A stretch of 64,000 nucleotides of DNA, from the NCBI GenBank assembly GCA_964514975.1, contig CAZESS010000007.1, positions 8,028 through 72,027 on the forward strand. The letters are read 5' to 3'. Made by a program: the position numbers and the translations under genes. The DNA comes from an uncultured Thermoplasmatales archaeon. GTDB lineage: Archaea > Thermoplasmatota > E2 > UBA202 > DSCA01. The notes beneath the pieces are model-generated. The model was given only the letters and a program-made list of their open reading frames with translations, ran no database searches and was not told the origin of the DNA. The stretch's first letter is position 1; each line of letters starts with the position of its first letter. This document shows, piece after piece, positions 9,494 through 18,258 of the stretch.

Positions 9494-10849
9494 TTACGTC
9501 TCTTCAGTAGAATTTTTGAACAATAATCTTTCTTTTACTTTTACCTGATTATCTCCTAGGGGTATAACCGCGATATTGTCAGAAACATGAGATTGTATCT
9601 CCATGGTATCAACGAATAGCCAGCCTTTGATTTTATCTGATACGAATATTCTATCGGGGTTTCGCTCAAAATATCTATTATTTTGTCTGATCAACGCCAT
9701 ATATTCAAGAAGTTCTTTCAGACCTTGGGCAGCATAGTTTTTAGATCGAGTATATTTGACTTCGCCGATAAAGACCTGGCAGAGTTTTTGGTTATCTTTC
9801 TCACATTTTTCAACAAGAATATCTGGTCTTCCCCCCCACAAGGTATCTGACTTTTCCATATCTAGCATTTTTTTACATTGTGTTTGCCAGTTTTGTATCA
9901 CTTTTCCTTCTCGTTTGAGGTATCCATCTTTTTCGGGTAGTTCTATGTCTGCCCAGTGCTCATAGAAACTAAATGTACCGGTGCTATCATGATAAATACG
10001 ATAGAGAAATTCACTGTCTTCCCACTCCGCCACTATATTATGGTCTCCTTCTATCAAATGGAATCGGATTGATTTATCATCCTCTGTCATAGCTCTGATG
10101 ACCTGAAACGTCCAGTATAGCTCGAAGAGAACTTCTATTTTTTCAGGTTTGATAAACGTATTCTGTAACAGTTGTTCTGCCTCGTCTGGATTAATATCAA
10201 AGTTCATCAATTTTTGATAGTCTGAAAGTAATGCTGCCGCTGTCCGGTACAGCTGTGTCCTTGATTTCCTTGCATTTGAGATCATGCGCTGTGTGACATC
10301 TTTGTGGCCTTGTTGGCGTATACGGCGGATGTAGATATTTTTCAAGTAGACTGATTTCACGATATCGGTGAGATTTTCTGTGGTCCATTCCTTGAGCCAT
10401 GGGTGGTCGTATTGTATGGCTGGTTTGAGGTCTTGAAACACGATGTTGTGTATTATGGAGAGCAATTCTTTCAGCACAATGTTTTCGGAGATGCCATAAT
10501 TGCGTTCTCGTCTGTTTACTGAAAAAAGGGTGGGGTCTGCAAAGTTTTCGCTGCATCTTTGCTTAATCGTTTTTTGCCAGTCTATTTTTCCCCGTATTTT
10601 TCCATGTTGTCGCTCGTTCTCCTGGATAGTTGTAGTTTTAATTCGTCGGATCCACTGGGGAACGTGCTCTATAAATTCTATGACATCGTTTCTGAGGACG
10701 AAATGGATGCGGAGTAGTTTTTCCATGTCATCGATGTTTAGCTCTTCATCTATTTTTTTGGTGAATGAGGAAATATTGCCATGTTTGAGGAAGGTAATCA
10801 GATAGCTGCCTACTTCGTCGAGTAAAAATTCGGCTGTTGTTTTAGTCAT
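9494..10849 (-). CDS. mcrC: McrC-like PD-(D/E)xK restriction nuclease subunit
   Basis: GKIRGKIDWQKTI, ENIVLK, LFELY, RPDIL...IGEVKY. ATG 10849 overlaps the McrB stop (ATGACTAA). Confidence 0.8.
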   Translation of the reverse strand: MTKTTAEFLLDEVGSYLITFLKHGNISSFTKKIDEELNIDDMEKLLRIHFVLRNDVIEFIEHVPQWIRRIKTTTIQENERQHGKIRGKIDWQKTIKQRCSENFADPTLFSVNRRERNYGISENIVLKELLSIIHNIVFQDLKPAIQYDHPWLKEWTTENLTDIVKSVYLKNIYIRRIRQQGHKDVTQRMISNARKSRTQLYRTAAALLSDYQKLMNFDINPDEAEQLLQNTFIKPEKIEVLFELYWTFQVIRAMTEDDKSIRFHLIEGDHNIVAEWEDSEFLYRIYHDSTGTFSFYEHWADIELPEKDGYLKREGKVIQNWQTQCKKMLDMEKSDTLWGGRPDILVEKCEKDNQKLCQVFIGEVKYTRSKNYAAQGLKELLEYMALIRQNNRYFERNPDRIFVSDKIKGWLFVDTMEIQSHVSDNIAVIPLGDNQVKVKERLLFKNSTEET

Positions 10850-13800
10850 GTTTAAATTTCTCGGTTGGTATCTCGAAGAAATCAATCGCCATCTCTTTTA
10901 GTCTAGCATATCCTTCGTCATCTGTTAAGCCATTACTTTTTAGTTCTTTGATAAAGTTGATTTGTTCATCTTGTGGAATGCCCTCAAACTGAGGAAAGAC
11001 ATACATAGAAATAGCTGAGACATAGCCACCCCCTTGTTGGATATGGTTGAGCATATCACGTGCGATGGCCGGCCCTATCTTTCTATATTTGTTAATAGTA
11101 GTCCATAGTTTTACTATATCGTTTTTCACTGATTCTGGTAGGTCAGTTATGCCCCATTTAGCTGTAAGATGTGGTAACGCTTCTTCAATATTTTTGGGAA
11201 CGCCGACGTTGATGAAGGCAAATCGTCGCATGAATGCATAGGACATTTCATACAGTGACGCCTTATCAAAGGTGTTCATTGTCGCAATGATTCGCCAGTC
11301 TGGATGAATGAAAAACCGATAGGGGTGGATCTTATCATCTTCTTTGGGATTCCCTAAGACCTTTATTCGATTGCCGTCTAATTCCTGTGCTAGGCGGACA
11401 TTATCGCCCGTGAGAGCTGAAAAGAGAGCTCCGAAAGCTTTGTCTATATCAGCACGGTTTATTTCATCGAGAATAAGCCATTTGTTTGCGGGTTTGCCTT
11501 TTTCGGTTTGGAAACATTCAAGGAAGACACCTGGCTTAAATTCAAGTTGTTGATTTTCACAGGGCATATATCCTCCGATGGTATCAAATGTTGACCAGTC
11601 GGAGGAGGCAGTGACCATGCGGTAATGGTTATCTCCGCAAAATACCTTACATATTTCCTTTGCAAGTTTTGATTTACCGGTGCCAGGTGGGCCGTTAAGA
11701 ATAATATGTTTACCGTTTTTGAGGGCTGTAAGAATCTGGGAGAATAGATTATCAGCTTCTTCAAAATAAAGGTTGCTTTGTTCGATTAGCTGGTGCTCAT
11801 TGCGGTTAAAATTAACTTTAAGTACAGTAGAGTAGCTATGATATTCGGGAACATCTGGTGGTGTTTCTAAAGATAGAATTGTTTCGTATTCTTTGGGTGA
11901 AAGCTCAAAAAGACTCCCCTGTGCCCTGTTGGCAATAGGTGCTGCATCCTGTAAATCTGCTACCTCAGTAAGCTGCTGCCAAGATATGCCTGCGACTTTG
12001 TTGTCATAGCCAATTGTTATGCCTTCAACTTCTCTATCTGGAGCAGGCTTGCCAGGTTCGATATGTAGTCCCTCCTTTATTGCACCAGTTGCTACGATTT
12101 CTTTTACAGGACTTGCTTCATAGAAGATCACCTTGTCTCCCTTACGTGCTTTTTGAAAAGCCTCGTAGATGCGACGTCTGTTACCCTTTTCATTTACAGC
12201 AGAGTAAAAAATGGCACCTCCGTCTTTTATACTATCTACAGACCATATTGCGGGATTAGCAGTAATCCAGAAATAGTTCGGCTGCAAATCCTCATCTTCC
12301 GGGATATAGGGCGCTAAATCTTCAACGCCTTCCTCTAATAGTTTAGAGCGTTTGCTTTCATCTAAAATTGATTTTACAATTTCTGGCTGATTGTATTTTC
12401 GATAGGGGCTGGCATCCCAATCAGCGAACCTCTCGGCGATGATGGTAAGAGTCTGCTTGAAAGTATTCAATAGATCCTTATTGAGAGGCAGCACATCGAA
12501 AGGGAGTTCCGTCAAGCGGACGTTAGAATCAGCAAAATAATCCCACTGCTTTAAAATTAGATCGGGGTCAATATCTCCTTGTAAAGCCATGCCGATGCGA
12601 TAATCATTTTTGCCCTTATAGGAGAAATGGATGACTGCCCAGTTGCCGTAGTTTAACCGAAGGGTATTTCCGCTACGGGTTATGGTGACAGAGGAACATT
12701 CATCTTGTGTGGTAATGCCGATAACATCGAAGGCTTTCTCTAACAAATTAAAGGCAAGGTCTGCATCATGTTTATTGCGGAAAATGGCATCAAAAGGTTC
12801 AGCTAACTTTTTTTGTGTAATGCTCTCAAATTTTTGTTTATCTAGTTCTAAGAGCGTGCGCCGCCAGCCGGGTTCATCGACCTGTTTGGGCGTTGTGTCA
12901 GTCCATTCAACGGGATATCTATGGCCATGTTTTTCGTTAGGTTCGAAATAATAGTGCTCGGTTATTTTACCAAGGCCAAGAACTTCAGTTATCCCTCGAT
13001 TTGCAACAATATAATCGCCAATTTTTATTTCATTCACAAATTTCCAGAGTTGTTCCATACCCTCAGTAGTATAATCCTCATTCTCGGCCACTAATTTATC
13101 TCGCCTGTTTTCAAATTCTTCTCGATTCATTTGGGATATATCACCAGTTTTATCCCATCCAATAGCAATAAATTCTCCCTCGCGACAGGTATCCCAGTTC
13201 CATGCATTTTTTCCAGGAGATATTTTCCAATAGCGAGTTGTATCAACATTATTTATTTCTTTGAATGTCGGGTATACGGATTGCAATTTTTGTAGTACCT
13301 GGTTTAATGAAAATGATTCTGCATTAGGCACAGTTTCGAAGTCATGATCTAAAACCTTACTCCTAATATTCTCACCAATTGCTAAGCCATACATTATTTT
13401 ATCATGATATACACCGAGAAACAGTTGCGCCGCATCCTGATGGCTATCATATCCTGCGGGATATAATGCTATCCAGCAAGAACTGATTCCAAAATTGCGG
13501 TTCCAGGAAAAATCGTTAATGGTATTTTTTTCATCAAACCGTGTATCCCCAAATGGTTTGTATTGTCGTAGATATGCATGTAGCGTGGTGAGCAGGTAGG
13601 ATATTTTCGGTTTGAAATAAATGAAGTATATCTGAAACAAAATACGAAATTCATTCCAACTTTTTAGAAAAGCCTCACCATAGGTTGTACTCTTTTGCCC
13701 CATGACTTTATGAACATACTCAATACTGATGGGTTCATCCGCCAATATTTTCTTGATAATCTTATGTTTAATATCATTAATCTTTTCACTATCACGATAC

Positions 13801-14573
13801 TTTTTTTCCATATCAGCTAAATGGTCTCTGTCCATTTGAGAAATGGCATCCACAAATTCGCTCGGATTCTCCTCGAAGTTCTTGAGGCGCTGTGCAAAAT
13901 CAAAAAGACATTTTACATATATTTTGTATTTTAGTTCATCATATCCGCTTATACAGTATAGAAAATCCTGCGCGTCCATAACGTCTGGGTTATTAACGAC
14001 TCCATAATCATCTAAAAATTCTGAAATTTCGTTGCATACCAAAATATATGCCACGTATTTTTCCCCGATGTCTGATCTTGAATAATTAAATTCTAAATCG
14101 CTAAGAGCTTGAAAATGTGTAAAAAGTTCTTTCCTATACAGCGGATATTTGCGGGGATTGAATGCCGCTAAAATAAAGGCAAAGAAGGCTGTTCCGAAAT
14201 TTCCATAGGTGATTTCTTTTAGTGTATCCCGAGCTTTCTCGATTCTTTCTTGTAGGGGAATAGATCCGTTTTGTAAAAGATTAAATTGTTCTGCAACAAG
14301 TGCAGGGTTCTCTTGTGCGGCACGTTTTAGATTATTTATTTCTGACCAATAAACAAAAGAACCACTGCTAGGATTATATTCCTCAAGTAAAGATATCTTT
14401 TTCAATATGGAATCCTTGGTAAAATTACCATCAATAAATTTTGTATGCAACCCTGGCAGTATATCCCATTTATACTGTTCATCCCATACTGCGGTACCTC
14501 GAAATTTTTTATATTCATTCGCAGCAATATCAAAAAAATGATCAGATTTTATTTCTTCAGCTATGTCTCCCAT
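10842..14573 (-). CDS. mcrB: McrB-like AAA+ GTPase with about 950 aa of N-terminal recognition domains including EVE-like domains
   Basis: GPPGTGKS, LILDEINRAD, IIATMNTFD (NxxD signature), AFMRRF. EVE-like NYFWITANP...GDKVIFY and RYWKISPG...GDYIV. Start MGDIAEE at 14573 avoids overlap with the divergent gene. Confidence 0.88.
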   Translation of the reverse strand: MGDIAEEIKSDHFFDIAANEYKKFRGTAVWDEQYKWDILPGLHTKFIDGNFTKDSILKKISLLEEYNPSSGSFVYWSEINNLKRAAQENPALVAEQFNLLQNGSIPLQERIEKARDTLKEITYGNFGTAFFAFILAAFNPRKYPLYRKELFTHFQALSDLEFNYSRSDIGEKYVAYILVCNEISEFLDDYGVVNNPDVMDAQDFLYCISGYDELKYKIYVKCLFDFAQRLKNFEENPSEFVDAISQMDRDHLADMEKKYRDSEKINDIKHKIIKKILADEPISIEYVHKVMGQKSTTYGEAFLKSWNEFRILFQIYFIYFKPKISYLLTTLHAYLRQYKPFGDTRFDEKNTINDFSWNRNFGISSCWIALYPAGYDSHQDAAQLFLGVYHDKIMYGLAIGENIRSKVLDHDFETVPNAESFSLNQVLQKLQSVYPTFKEINNVDTTRYWKISPGKNAWNWDTCREGEFIAIGWDKTGDISQMNREEFENRRDKLVAENEDYTTEGMEQLWKFVNEIKIGDYIVANRGITEVLGLGKITEHYYFEPNEKHGHRYPVEWTDTTPKQVDEPGWRRTLLELDKQKFESITQKKLAEPFDAIFRNKHDADLAFNLLEKAFDVIGITTQDECSSVTITRSGNTLRLNYGNWAVIHFSYKGKNDYRIGMALQGDIDPDLILKQWDYFADSNVRLTELPFDVLPLNKDLLNTFKQTLTIIAERFADWDASPYRKYNQPEIVKSILDESKRSKLLEEGVEDLAPYIPEDEDLQPNYFWITANPAIWSVDSIKDGGAIFYSAVNEKGNRRRIYEAFQKARKGDKVIFYEASPVKEIVATGAIKEGLHIEPGKPAPDREVEGITIGYDNKVAGISWQQLTEVADLQDAAPIANRAQGSLFELSPKEYETILSLETPPDVPEYHSYSTVLKVNFNRNEHQLIEQSNLYFEEADNLFSQILTALKNGKHIILNGPPGTGKSKLAKEICKVFCGDNHYRMVTASSDWSTFDTIGGYMPCENQQLEFKPGVFLECFQTEKGKPANKWLILDEINRADIDKAFGALFSALTGDNVRLAQELDGNRIKVLGNPKEDDKIHPYRFFIHPDWRIIATMNTFDKASLYEMSYAFMRRFAFINVGVPKNIEEALPHLTAKWGITDLPESVKNDIVKLWTTINKYRKIGPAIARDMLNHIQQGGGYVSAISMYVFPQFEGIPQDEQINFIKELKSNGLTDDEGYARLKEMAIDFFEIPTEKFKHD

Positions 14574-14685
14574 GTCTGGATAAGTTACTAAAGATTTATT
14601 AATTTTTAGATAGCGGATTTGGAATACAACAAAATTTTTTAAAAGATTAAACCATTGTCCCATTACGAAATGGAGGAAACCATAC

Positions 14686-17600
14686 ATGGCTAAGAACTCC
14701 CAGTTGTCATCGATATATGAAGGCTGCAAGCCACGCAGTGAAATATTGGAAGGTGCTCTAAGATTAGAAGCATTTGCGGCTAATCTGTCTATGGTGGCCC
14801 AGGATGAGGGCCCTAATATTTACAAAGACCCTGAGACTTTTTTTGCGAATACTTATCCCACTGAGGGGTTGAAAACCACGATAAGAGAGGTTTTTGGCCG
14901 ACTCACTGGAAGCCGTGAGGGAAGCCCTGTCATAAAGTTGGAGACAGGTTTGGGTGGCGGTAAAACGCATACCCTGATAGCATTATATCATATTGCCAGG
15001 CATGGGTCGACGATTAAAAATATTGGTGAGCTTCTTGATGAATTGCAAGTGGAGCCGATGTCGGTTGCTGCTTTGGTGGGTACAGAATTGGCAGTTGGTG
15101 GTTCCATGCCACCTAAGACCTTGTGGGGTGAAATGGCTCAGCAACTCCGAGGTGATGAGGGCTACGCCATTTTAAAGGCATCTGATGAGAGCATGACGAG
15201 TCCTGGAGAGCGAGTGCTACGGGAGCTATTCGGTGACGAGAATTGTTTGATTTTGCTGGATGAGTTAGCACAGTATTTGACGAAAGCCTCGGCAACTCCT
15301 ATTCCAGAGTCGGGCTCCAATCTGGGGAAGCAGACTGCTGCTTTTTTGCAGGAGTTGACACAGGTTGCTGCCTCTATGGACAACGTTGAATTAGTGCTAA
15401 CAGCGCTCGATGAAAAATCAGTCTATGAGGACGAAACGAAGAACATTCGGGATGTGTTGGAAGCTGCGCTGGAAGAGGAAGAGATTCGGAAAAACGTTCA
15501 GGATACGAAAGAAATATTGACGCGGATTGTTCGGACGTTAGAGCCGACGAAGGGGGAAGAATTTGCACATATCATTCGTCATCGGCTGTTCGAAGATATT
15601 GATGCCTCGGTCCGTGAGAAGGTTGTTGAAGCATATCTGGATGGCTATCGGAGTGATGGGGTAAAGGAATTCTTGCCGAGTGAGACCCAGGACCCTGAGT
15701 ACCGTGAGGTGATGATTAAGTCATATCCATTCCACCCAGAGGTAATCGATATTCTTCGAACTAAGACAAGCAGCATTGAGAACTTCAATAAGACTCGTGG
15801 TGTACTGCGGCTGTTGAGTGTCCTGTTGAAAAACACATGGGATAACCGAGATGAATATGCTCCCTCTCTTATCCATCCGTATCATTTTGATTTTTATGAT
15901 GATACGATTCGGGCAGAGCTGATACATCGGCTGGATATGGTGGAGCTCATGCCAGCTATTGGGGAGGATTTGGCCAACGAGGATAAGGAGACACGGGCGG
16001 AGGTGGTGGATAAGATGTTCAAGGAACCCTATGGGTCTCGGGTAACGACAACTGTATTATTGCATAGTCTAACCCAGAAACTCAAAGCGGATATCCACAA
16101 GGGAGCTAACAGTGCTGAGGTTCATCTTGCGATGTGGAAGCCGGGATTGGACCCTGAGACAGTGAACGCGGTGCTGGAGCATCTGGATGAGACATGGTTT
16201 TATTTTGGTCCTGAGGGGCAGTATTATGTCGCGGGTCTGAATCCTCGTCTAACGAAGATTATCGATGATACTAAGGAACAGATTGGGCAGACGAGTGTGA
16301 ATCAGGAAGTGGAAGACTGGATTCGGAAGGTGTTTCATGCTAAGAAATTTTTCAAGCCTGTGTTCTTCCCGAGTTCTCCTTCGGATGTCAATGATGATAC
16401 CAAACAGCAGACAAAGCTTGCGGTGATGCATTATACGGATTGTCGACTGGAGCACGGATCACAGCGTATTCCAGATTTGGTGAGAAAGATTTTTGAGGAG
16501 ACAGGATCGCAAGGGAAGCCACGGTCGTTTATCAACAACTTGGTTTTTTTGGTGCCCGATACAGACAGGGTGAAGCAGATGCAGGCTCAGGCGCGGCAGT
16601 ATCTCGCGCTCCGACAGCTTATTCAGGAATACGAGGGTGGAGCGTCTTATCTCTCTGCCCTCACAAAGGGTCAGAGACAGGATTTGCGGCAGAAACGCGA
16701 TGAGACGGAGCTCTATCTTAAGGTTGCCGTTATCATTGCCTATAAGCATGTTATTGTCCCGACGCCGCAGGCGTCGCTCTCTCAGGCGTCTAGCCAGCGT
16801 CCGTTGCGAGTTATAAGCATGCGTGACACTGAACGAGATATTGAAAACCGGCTCCAGGAAGGAGAAACGGCGGAAGAATCACTTGCATCGTTCCTTCGAG
16901 ATAGAGAGGTGGCGCGGACGATGGACGACAAGCCGCTTTCACCAGAGCGGATACTGGACGGACTTTGGAGAAAGACGGCGGAGCAGCTTGATGGAGACGA
17001 GTTCAAGAAGCTGTTCTACAAGAATCCATTGGCAGGTATTCATTTCAGCGATGAGCTTATCCGAAAGTCTATGAAGAAGGGGATACAGGAGGGCAAATGG
17101 TACGCCGTAGCAGCTGACAATTTCTATGACGAAGAGAACTGGCAGAGTTTCAATCCTACCTTTACCACCGACACAATTATTATCCTCGCTGATTCCGAGG
17201 CAGGCAAAGAAAAACATGACCAATATTATTGCTCCACATGTGGGAAACGAAAAACAGAATGCATCTGCGACAAACAACCAAAAGCACCCGAGGAAACTTG
17301 TCCAAAGTGCGGCAGGAAAAAATCCGAGTGTATATGCGGTCCTAAACCTATTTCCACGTTTGAGAAAAAGGGCTTGACCATGGAGCGCATTGGAAGCAAT
17401 CTACAAGCCTGGATAGATGATGAAGACATCCAAAAAATTAGAGTGGCACGGTTTGGAGCATTAAGCAGGACGGCGCTGAGCGCACTTGCAAAGGCATTGA
17501 AACAGTTCAGGACCGACTATGAAGTCATATTTGATATAAAAGGAGAGATGACTCGGCCGGAAGAGGAGATGGAGTTCGAACTGAGATATCGCGGCGGGGA

Positions 17601-17802
17601 GGAAGGATTCAGGAAGCTGAAGTCGGCAATCTTTGACTTCAAACCCCAGGATGAGTTTGACTTCAGCGAGCTGTGGATCCACATCATATTCCTTGAGGGA
17701 TATGCCGCTGAAAAATTCGTGCAGGACATCAACGAACGGGTTGCAGAGTTTACCACGGGTAGCTCATATGACATCGAGGTTGAGCCCGTGGAGGAAGGAT
17801 AA
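14686..17802 (+). CDS. DUF499 AAA+ ATPase (restriction-like system component)
   Basis: FFANTYPT, GLGGGKTHTL, ILLDEL, SYPFHPE, TRGVLRLL; two CxxC-x6-CxC motifs near the C-terminus. Confidence 0.88.
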   Translation: MAKNSQLSSIYEGCKPRSEILEGALRLEAFAANLSMVAQDEGPNIYKDPETFFANTYPTEGLKTTIREVFGRLTGSREGSPVIKLETGLGGGKTHTLIALYHIARHGSTIKNIGELLDELQVEPMSVAALVGTELAVGGSMPPKTLWGEMAQQLRGDEGYAILKASDESMTSPGERVLRELFGDENCLILLDELAQYLTKASATPIPESGSNLGKQTAAFLQELTQVAASMDNVELVLTALDEKSVYEDETKNIRDVLEAALEEEEIRKNVQDTKEILTRIVRTLEPTKGEEFAHIIRHRLFEDIDASVREKVVEAYLDGYRSDGVKEFLPSETQDPEYREVMIKSYPFHPEVIDILRTKTSSIENFNKTRGVLRLLSVLLKNTWDNRDEYAPSLIHPYHFDFYDDTIRAELIHRLDMVELMPAIGEDLANEDKETRAEVVDKMFKEPYGSRVTTTVLLHSLTQKLKADIHKGANSAEVHLAMWKPGLDPETVNAVLEHLDETWFYFGPEGQYYVAGLNPRLTKIIDDTKEQIGQTSVNQEVEDWIRKVFHAKKFFKPVFFPSSPSDVNDDTKQQTKLAVMHYTDCRLEHGSQRIPDLVRKIFEETGSQGKPRSFINNLVFLVPDTDRVKQMQAQARQYLALRQLIQEYEGGASYLSALTKGQRQDLRQKRDETELYLKVAVIIAYKHVIVPTPQASLSQASSQRPLRVISMRDTERDIENRLQEGETAEESLASFLRDREVARTMDDKPLSPERILDGLWRKTAEQLDGDEFKKLFYKNPLAGIHFSDELIRKSMKKGIQEGKWYAVAADNFYDEENWQSFNPTFTTDTIIILADSEAGKEKHDQYYCSTCGKRKTECICDKQPKAPEETCPKCGRKKSECICGPKPISTFEKKGLTMERIGSNLQAWIDDEDIQKIRVARFGALSRTALSALAKALKQFRTDYEVIFDIKGEMTRPEEEMEFELRYRGGEEGFRKLKSAIFDFKPQDEFDFSELWIHIIFLEGYAAEKFVQDINERVAEFTTGSSYDIEVEPVEEG

Positions 17803-17804
17803 AT

Positions 17805-18257
17805 ATGGCACGGAAGCGTCTTGGTTACAGGTTGGCGGTAAAACCTCTCTCTGATGACGACTTTAAATGTCTGTTACGAGCGGAGCCAGTAGTTGACTCT
17901 GATGCTCCTTCTGGAAGAAAAAGCCGACTGGTGTCCTCGTTGAACGGGTGGCGGCTCGACGTGGCCATGGGCTTCATAAAACGGATGCTGAAGGAGGAAA
18001 GATACAAGCCATCACGTCTGAATCGTAGCAGGAAAACACCATTCCAGCTTGACGAGCAACATGGAGCAAAACTCGACTTGGTATTCCGAGCCATCAAGGA
18101 CATCCAGAAACGAACAAAAATGGAAGAAATCATCTATGGCATCGAGGGAATGAGTGGTGAGGAGGCGCTCTATTGGCATTCAAAGCTTGAGCAGGACTTC
18201 AAACGGCCAGAGAAAAGAGCATTGAAAGCACTACGAATCATGCTTGGAGGAGAATAA
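17805..18257 (+). CDS. DUF3780-like small protein
   Basis: Sits between the DUF499 and DUF1156 genes; GAKLDLVFRAI...MSGEEALYW...ALKALRIML pattern. Confidence 0.72.
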   Translation: MARKRLGYRLAVKPLSDDDFKCLLRAEPVVDSDAPSGRKSRLVSSLNGWRLDVAMGFIKRMLKEERYKPSRLNRSRKTPFQLDEQHGAKLDLVFRAIKDIQKRTKMEEIIYGIEGMSGEEALYWHSKLEQDFKRPEKRALKALRIMLGGE

Positions 18258-18258
18258 A

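Noticed and set aside
14574-14729. N-terminal extension of McrB
   Set aside because: Overlaps the divergent DUF499 start and the AT-rich promoter gap.
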